Source of the DNA: an uncultured virus (IMG/VR IMGVR_UViG_3300009034_000863)
Taxonomy: Duplodnaviria; Heunggongvirae; Uroviricota; Caudoviricetes
Reading direction: 5' to 3' (one strand)
IMG/VR virus record: IMGVR_UViG_3300009034_000863
Length of the DNA: 20,000 nucleotides
In this document: one piece after another, positions 17,720-20,000 of the stretch
How the letters are laid out: each line of letters starts with the position of its first letter
How positions within the stretch are numbered: the stretch's first letter is position 1
Program-made: the position numbers and the translations under genes
Notes under the pieces: model-generated
What the model saw: the letters and a program-made list of their open reading frames with translations, nothing else
Databases searched by the model: none
What the model was told of the DNA's origin: nothing

Positions 17720-18451
17720 ATGTTGAAACCTCAACATGAAGTTGATGAATACGCTATACTACAACAACACAACATAGGCTTAAGGGTTATTGGTAAGTGC
17801 TATAACCTTTCGCACAACACAATACGCAATAGGCTTAAGGAGAATGACTTAAACAAACCTAAGAGAAAATTTGACACAAAACTTACTATAAGGAGACAAA
17901 AACACAATTCGCATATATCCTTAAGTGAGGTTACTCACTTTATAGATGGATATAGGATAAACAACAATTCAATAAGACGTTTACACCATAGTAGAAAAAC
18001 AATAGATAACTCTCCTCTATTGTTGGCATTGTGTAACCGTAAAGAAGTTTTACACTATGAAGTCTTTAGTGTATGTAAAGAGACACAACAAAAATATAGT
18101 ATTCTCATTGATAACGCTTTGAAGAGAGGAATTAAGTTAAGGGTTGTTTGTATGGATAGGGTTTATAAGAAGTTGATTAAGAGACTTCAAAAACTCAATA
18201 TTGAAGTTGTTGTTTATGGTAAGACAACAATACGCCCATACAACACACAAATTGAAAGACAATTTGCGAATATGTCAAAAACTCTTTATGGAGACATGGC
18301 TTTTATTGAGACATTGAATAAAGAAGACTTAAGAGAATACTTCTTAGGGTTATGTGAAGTATTCTTCTATTACAAACAAAATAGGCTTTTAAGTTTCCTT
18401 CAAAAGAGAGAAATAGAGACATTGAAAATAATGGTTAGACAAAAACTTTAG
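17720..18451 (+). CDS. Compact HTH plus DDE (rve/integrase-core) transposase-like protein
   Basis: N-terminal HTH 'GLRVIGKCYNLSHNTIRNRLK'. Candidate triad D ('HFIDG'), D ('VCMDR'), E ('PYNTQIERQF') with 32 residues between the second D and E. RBS AAGGTG at 17710-17715. Confidence 0.65.
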   Translation: MLKPQHEVDEYAILQQHNIGLRVIGKCYNLSHNTIRNRLKENDLNKPKRKFDTKLTIRRQKHNSHISLSEVTHFIDGYRINNNSIRRLHHSRKTIDNSPLLLALCNRKEVLHYEVFSVCKETQQKYSILIDNALKRGIKLRVVCMDRVYKKLIKRLQKLNIEVVVYGKTTIRPYNTQIERQFANMSKTLYGDMAFIETLNKEDLREYFLGLCEVFFYYKQNRLLSFLQKREIETLKIMVRQKL

Positions 18452-18462
18452 AGGTTTGGCTA

Positions 18463-18609
18463 ATGTATGAAAGAGAAGACTTAACAAAACATTCTATTGA
18501 GACTTTAGAGAGACTTAGGAGAGAATGTCTAAAGAATGAGAGAGAGAATAGAGAGAGAAGACTAAAAATAGCTATTACTATTCTAAAGAAGAGAATGCAA
18601 AAGAGGTGA
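18463..18609 (+). CDS. 48-aa highly charged helical orphan protein (not in the ORF track)
   Basis: RBS GAGG at 18451-18454; MYEREDLTKHSIETLERLRRECLKNERENRERRLKIAITILKKRMQKR*; fills the gap between neighbouring ORFs. Confidence 0.65.
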   Translation: MYEREDLTKHSIETLERLRRECLKNERENRERRLKIAITILKKRMQKR

Positions 18610-18616
18610 GATTTAA

Positions 18617-18850
18617 ATGAGTGTTTCAATAGAAGACAACTTCACAACATTTAACGCTTTGGCAAATAGTGTTTGTATGACTAATTGTGAAAAACTCTTA
18701 GATGTTGAATGTCAAAATAAAAAGTGTGTAGTCAAAACATTAATTGCTAATGCCGATTACCATTATTTGATGGGATGGTATAACCTCTTACAACATGACT
18801 TACAAAAGATTTCTAAATATTTCGTTGTTGAAGTTGTGAATAAGGATTAA
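18617..18850 (+). CDS. 77-aa orphan protein with four Cys (CxxxC-x7-CxxxxC), possible metal binding
   Basis: Strong RBS GAGGTGA at 18603-18609; 'CMTNC...CQNKKC'. Confidence 0.65.
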   Translation: MSVSIEDNFTTFNALANSVCMTNCEKLLDVECQNKKCVVKTLIANADYHYLMGWYNLLQHDLQKISKYFVVEVVNKD

Positions 18851-19100
18851 CGGTTATGTGTATTACCGTTAAAATGATGAATGAAGGTTTGAAGGTTTAA
18901 GGATGTTTGCCGACTTAGAGAAAAACAACCGAAATATTTTAGGTAGTGAAGGAATAGAGAAACACCGTAAACTCAAACCCTTAAACCCCTATGAGAGAAG
19001 GAAGGGAGAGAATGTTATAATAACATTATTTCTCTTCTTATGGTTTGTTACCTTTTTTTAAGATAGAAATTACTTATAGAGGATAAGTAAACCTTATATA

Positions 19101-19119
19101 GAAATTGCCTTATTAAGCT
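19101..19119 (+). promoter_or_regulatory. Putative early promoter, copy 2 (GAAATTGCC-TTATTAAG-CT)
   Basis: First 11 bp identical to 17669-17679, then a TATA-like box and AGCT; about 35-40 nt upstream of the ORF at 19152. Confidence 0.6.
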
Positions 19120-19151
19120 ATGTTACGGAAAAGATAGAGGGAATAAAGACA

Positions 19152-19508
19152 TTGACACCCGAAACGATGAAAATAGAAGTTGATTTACAACGGAAGAAAG
19201 ACACCGCCACCGAATACACCGCCACAAAAGGCTTTTACTTCAAACCATCTTTAGACAAAAAAAGTGGAAAGCTCAAAAACGAAAGTGAGCTAACAAATAA
19301 CCAAAAGATAGAGAGGGAAGGTTACTTTTTACTTCCCAAACTCATTGACATAATGGGAAGAGAAAACTTCCTCAAAGCCGAATTAGCCTTTTTGAAAGGT
19401 TTAGAATCTACCATTGAAAAACAAACGGGTAAGACTTTAGACGGTGAAGACTTACCACAAAAAGAGGAAAACGCTAAGAAAACACAAAAAGAGAAAGTAG
19501 AAAACTAA
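19152..19508 (+). CDS. Lys/Glu-rich orphan protein, apparently monocistronic
   Basis: RBS GAGGG at 19137-19141, TTG start (ATG at 19167 is an alternative), own promoter upstream and terminator downstream. Confidence 0.7.
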   Translation: MTPETMKIEVDLQRKKDTATEYTATKGFYFKPSLDKKSGKLKNESELTNNQKIEREGYFLLPKLIDIMGRENFLKAELAFLKGLESTIEKQTGKTLDGEDLPQKEENAKKTQKEKVEN

Positions 19509-19576
19509 AAGCATAAAGCGTATTTTTCGCTTTAGTCTTTTAGTCTTTCACTTTCTTTCAACCCTTTATTTTTTTT
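19504..19576 (+). terminator. Stem-loop plus pyrimidine/poly-T tract
   Basis: ACTAAAAG-CA-TAAAGCG, loop TATTTTT, CGCTTTA-GT-CTTTTAGT (19504-19544), followed by a C/T-rich run and TTTATTTTTTTT. Confidence 0.65.
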
Positions 19577-19664
19577 ACTAAAAACGGAGTTTAGCAAACA
19601 ATGATTAAAAAGACAATTCGCCAAACCTTAAAGCCATTTTTGACATTTAGTATTAAGCCAAAAG

Positions 19665-19841
19665 CCAAAAGACAACTTAACGCTTTTACTCAACCAAAAG
19701 ACAACAATAAAAGCATAACTTTCAAAAGCACAATATATAATCTATTGCGAACTTTAAGCATAATACTGAAGCATAATCCAACGCAAAAGCATAATCATTT
19801 TTTGTTAAATCCTTCTATCTTATCCAAGCAAAAAGCATAAT
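19665..19841 (+). repeat. Direct-repeat array: AAGCATAA(T) x5 plus variants, CCAAAAGACAAC x2
   Basis: AAGCATAA at 19711, 19756, 19769, 19787, 19833 (also 19509); AAGCACAAT at 19726; CCAAAAGACAAC at 19665 and 19694. Confidence 0.7.
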
Positions 19842-19857
19842 GGGGTGATATGAAAGA

Positions 19858-20000
19858 ATGACAGCAAAAGGAATAATATCTGGTGAAGAGAGGGAAGTCT
19901 ATAAGAAACGAAAGGACTTCGACTTCAGCAGAACTCCTCTTGGCACAACCGTTATTTATCATAAGCCAAGAAAAGTGAGAAAAGAAGGAGAGGAAGTGAG
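19858..20000 (+). CDS. Hypothetical protein, 5' part (runs off the window)
   Basis: RBS GGGGTGA at 19842-19848; ATG 19858 MTAKGIISGEEREVYKKRKDFDFSRTPLGTTVIYHKPRKVRKEGEEV..., open to the end. Confidence 0.6.
   Translation, partial: MTAKGIISGEEREVYKKRKDFDFSRTPLGTTVIYHKPRKVRKEGEEV

Noticed and set aside
12271..18629. ORFs 12271-12456, 12755-13180, 13086-13277, 16092-16394, 16123-16368, 17072-17317, 18435-18629
   Set aside because: Antisense or out-of-frame overlaps of better-supported genes.
18903..19061. 52-codon ORF MFADLEKNN...FLWFVTFF
   Set aside because: No convincing RBS, and it runs through the hairpins and T-tract; not excluded but unsupported.
19601..19840. 79-aa ORF in the track
   Set aside because: Weak RBS, lies just after a terminator, and its sequence is dictated by AAGCATAA/AAAAGACAA repeats in mixed frames; better read as non-coding.
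19700..19841. Possible mini-CRISPR array
   Set aside because: Repeats are only 8-9 bp with irregular gaps (4-37 bp), unlike CRISPR repeat-spacer geometry.
1..20000. Stop-codon reassignment, tRNA or rRNA genes, contractile tail sheath
   Set aside because: Genes are long and tightly packed under the standard code, no cloverleaf or rRNA-like segment was seen, and no sheath-sized ORF precedes the tube gene.

Overview
Most of this window (1-17478) is the morphogenesis region of a long-tailed, siphovirus-like dsDNA virus or provirus (Caudoviricetes). The host is most likely an archaeon, inferred from TATA-box promoters, GGTGA/GGAGG ribosome-binding sites and a free-standing LAGLIDADG gene. On the + strand the order is: 3' end of an HK97-fold major capsid gene, four neck/connector genes, tail tube, a degenerate LAGLIDADG-like gene, a tail assembly chaperone with a canonical -1 frameshift site, a 2220-aa tape measure protein, distal tail protein, beta-helix spike, hub and a short fibre. 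A convergent - strand operon holds the small terminase, large terminase and a membrane HExxH protein. Beyond the terS promoter lies a very different block of about 2.1 kb (17626-19748). By manual scan it has no CAG/CTG, GATC, GTAC, CTAG, GAAC/GTTC or CAAG/CTTG, all of which are common in the rest of the window. It carries two near-identical promoters, a compact HTH-DDE protein, small orphan ORFs and many hairpins, and ends in a direct-repeat array. My best hypothesis is a first-entering, restriction-evading 'leading region' similar to T5 first-step-transfer DNA. All protein calls come from motif recognition and gene order, not database searches.
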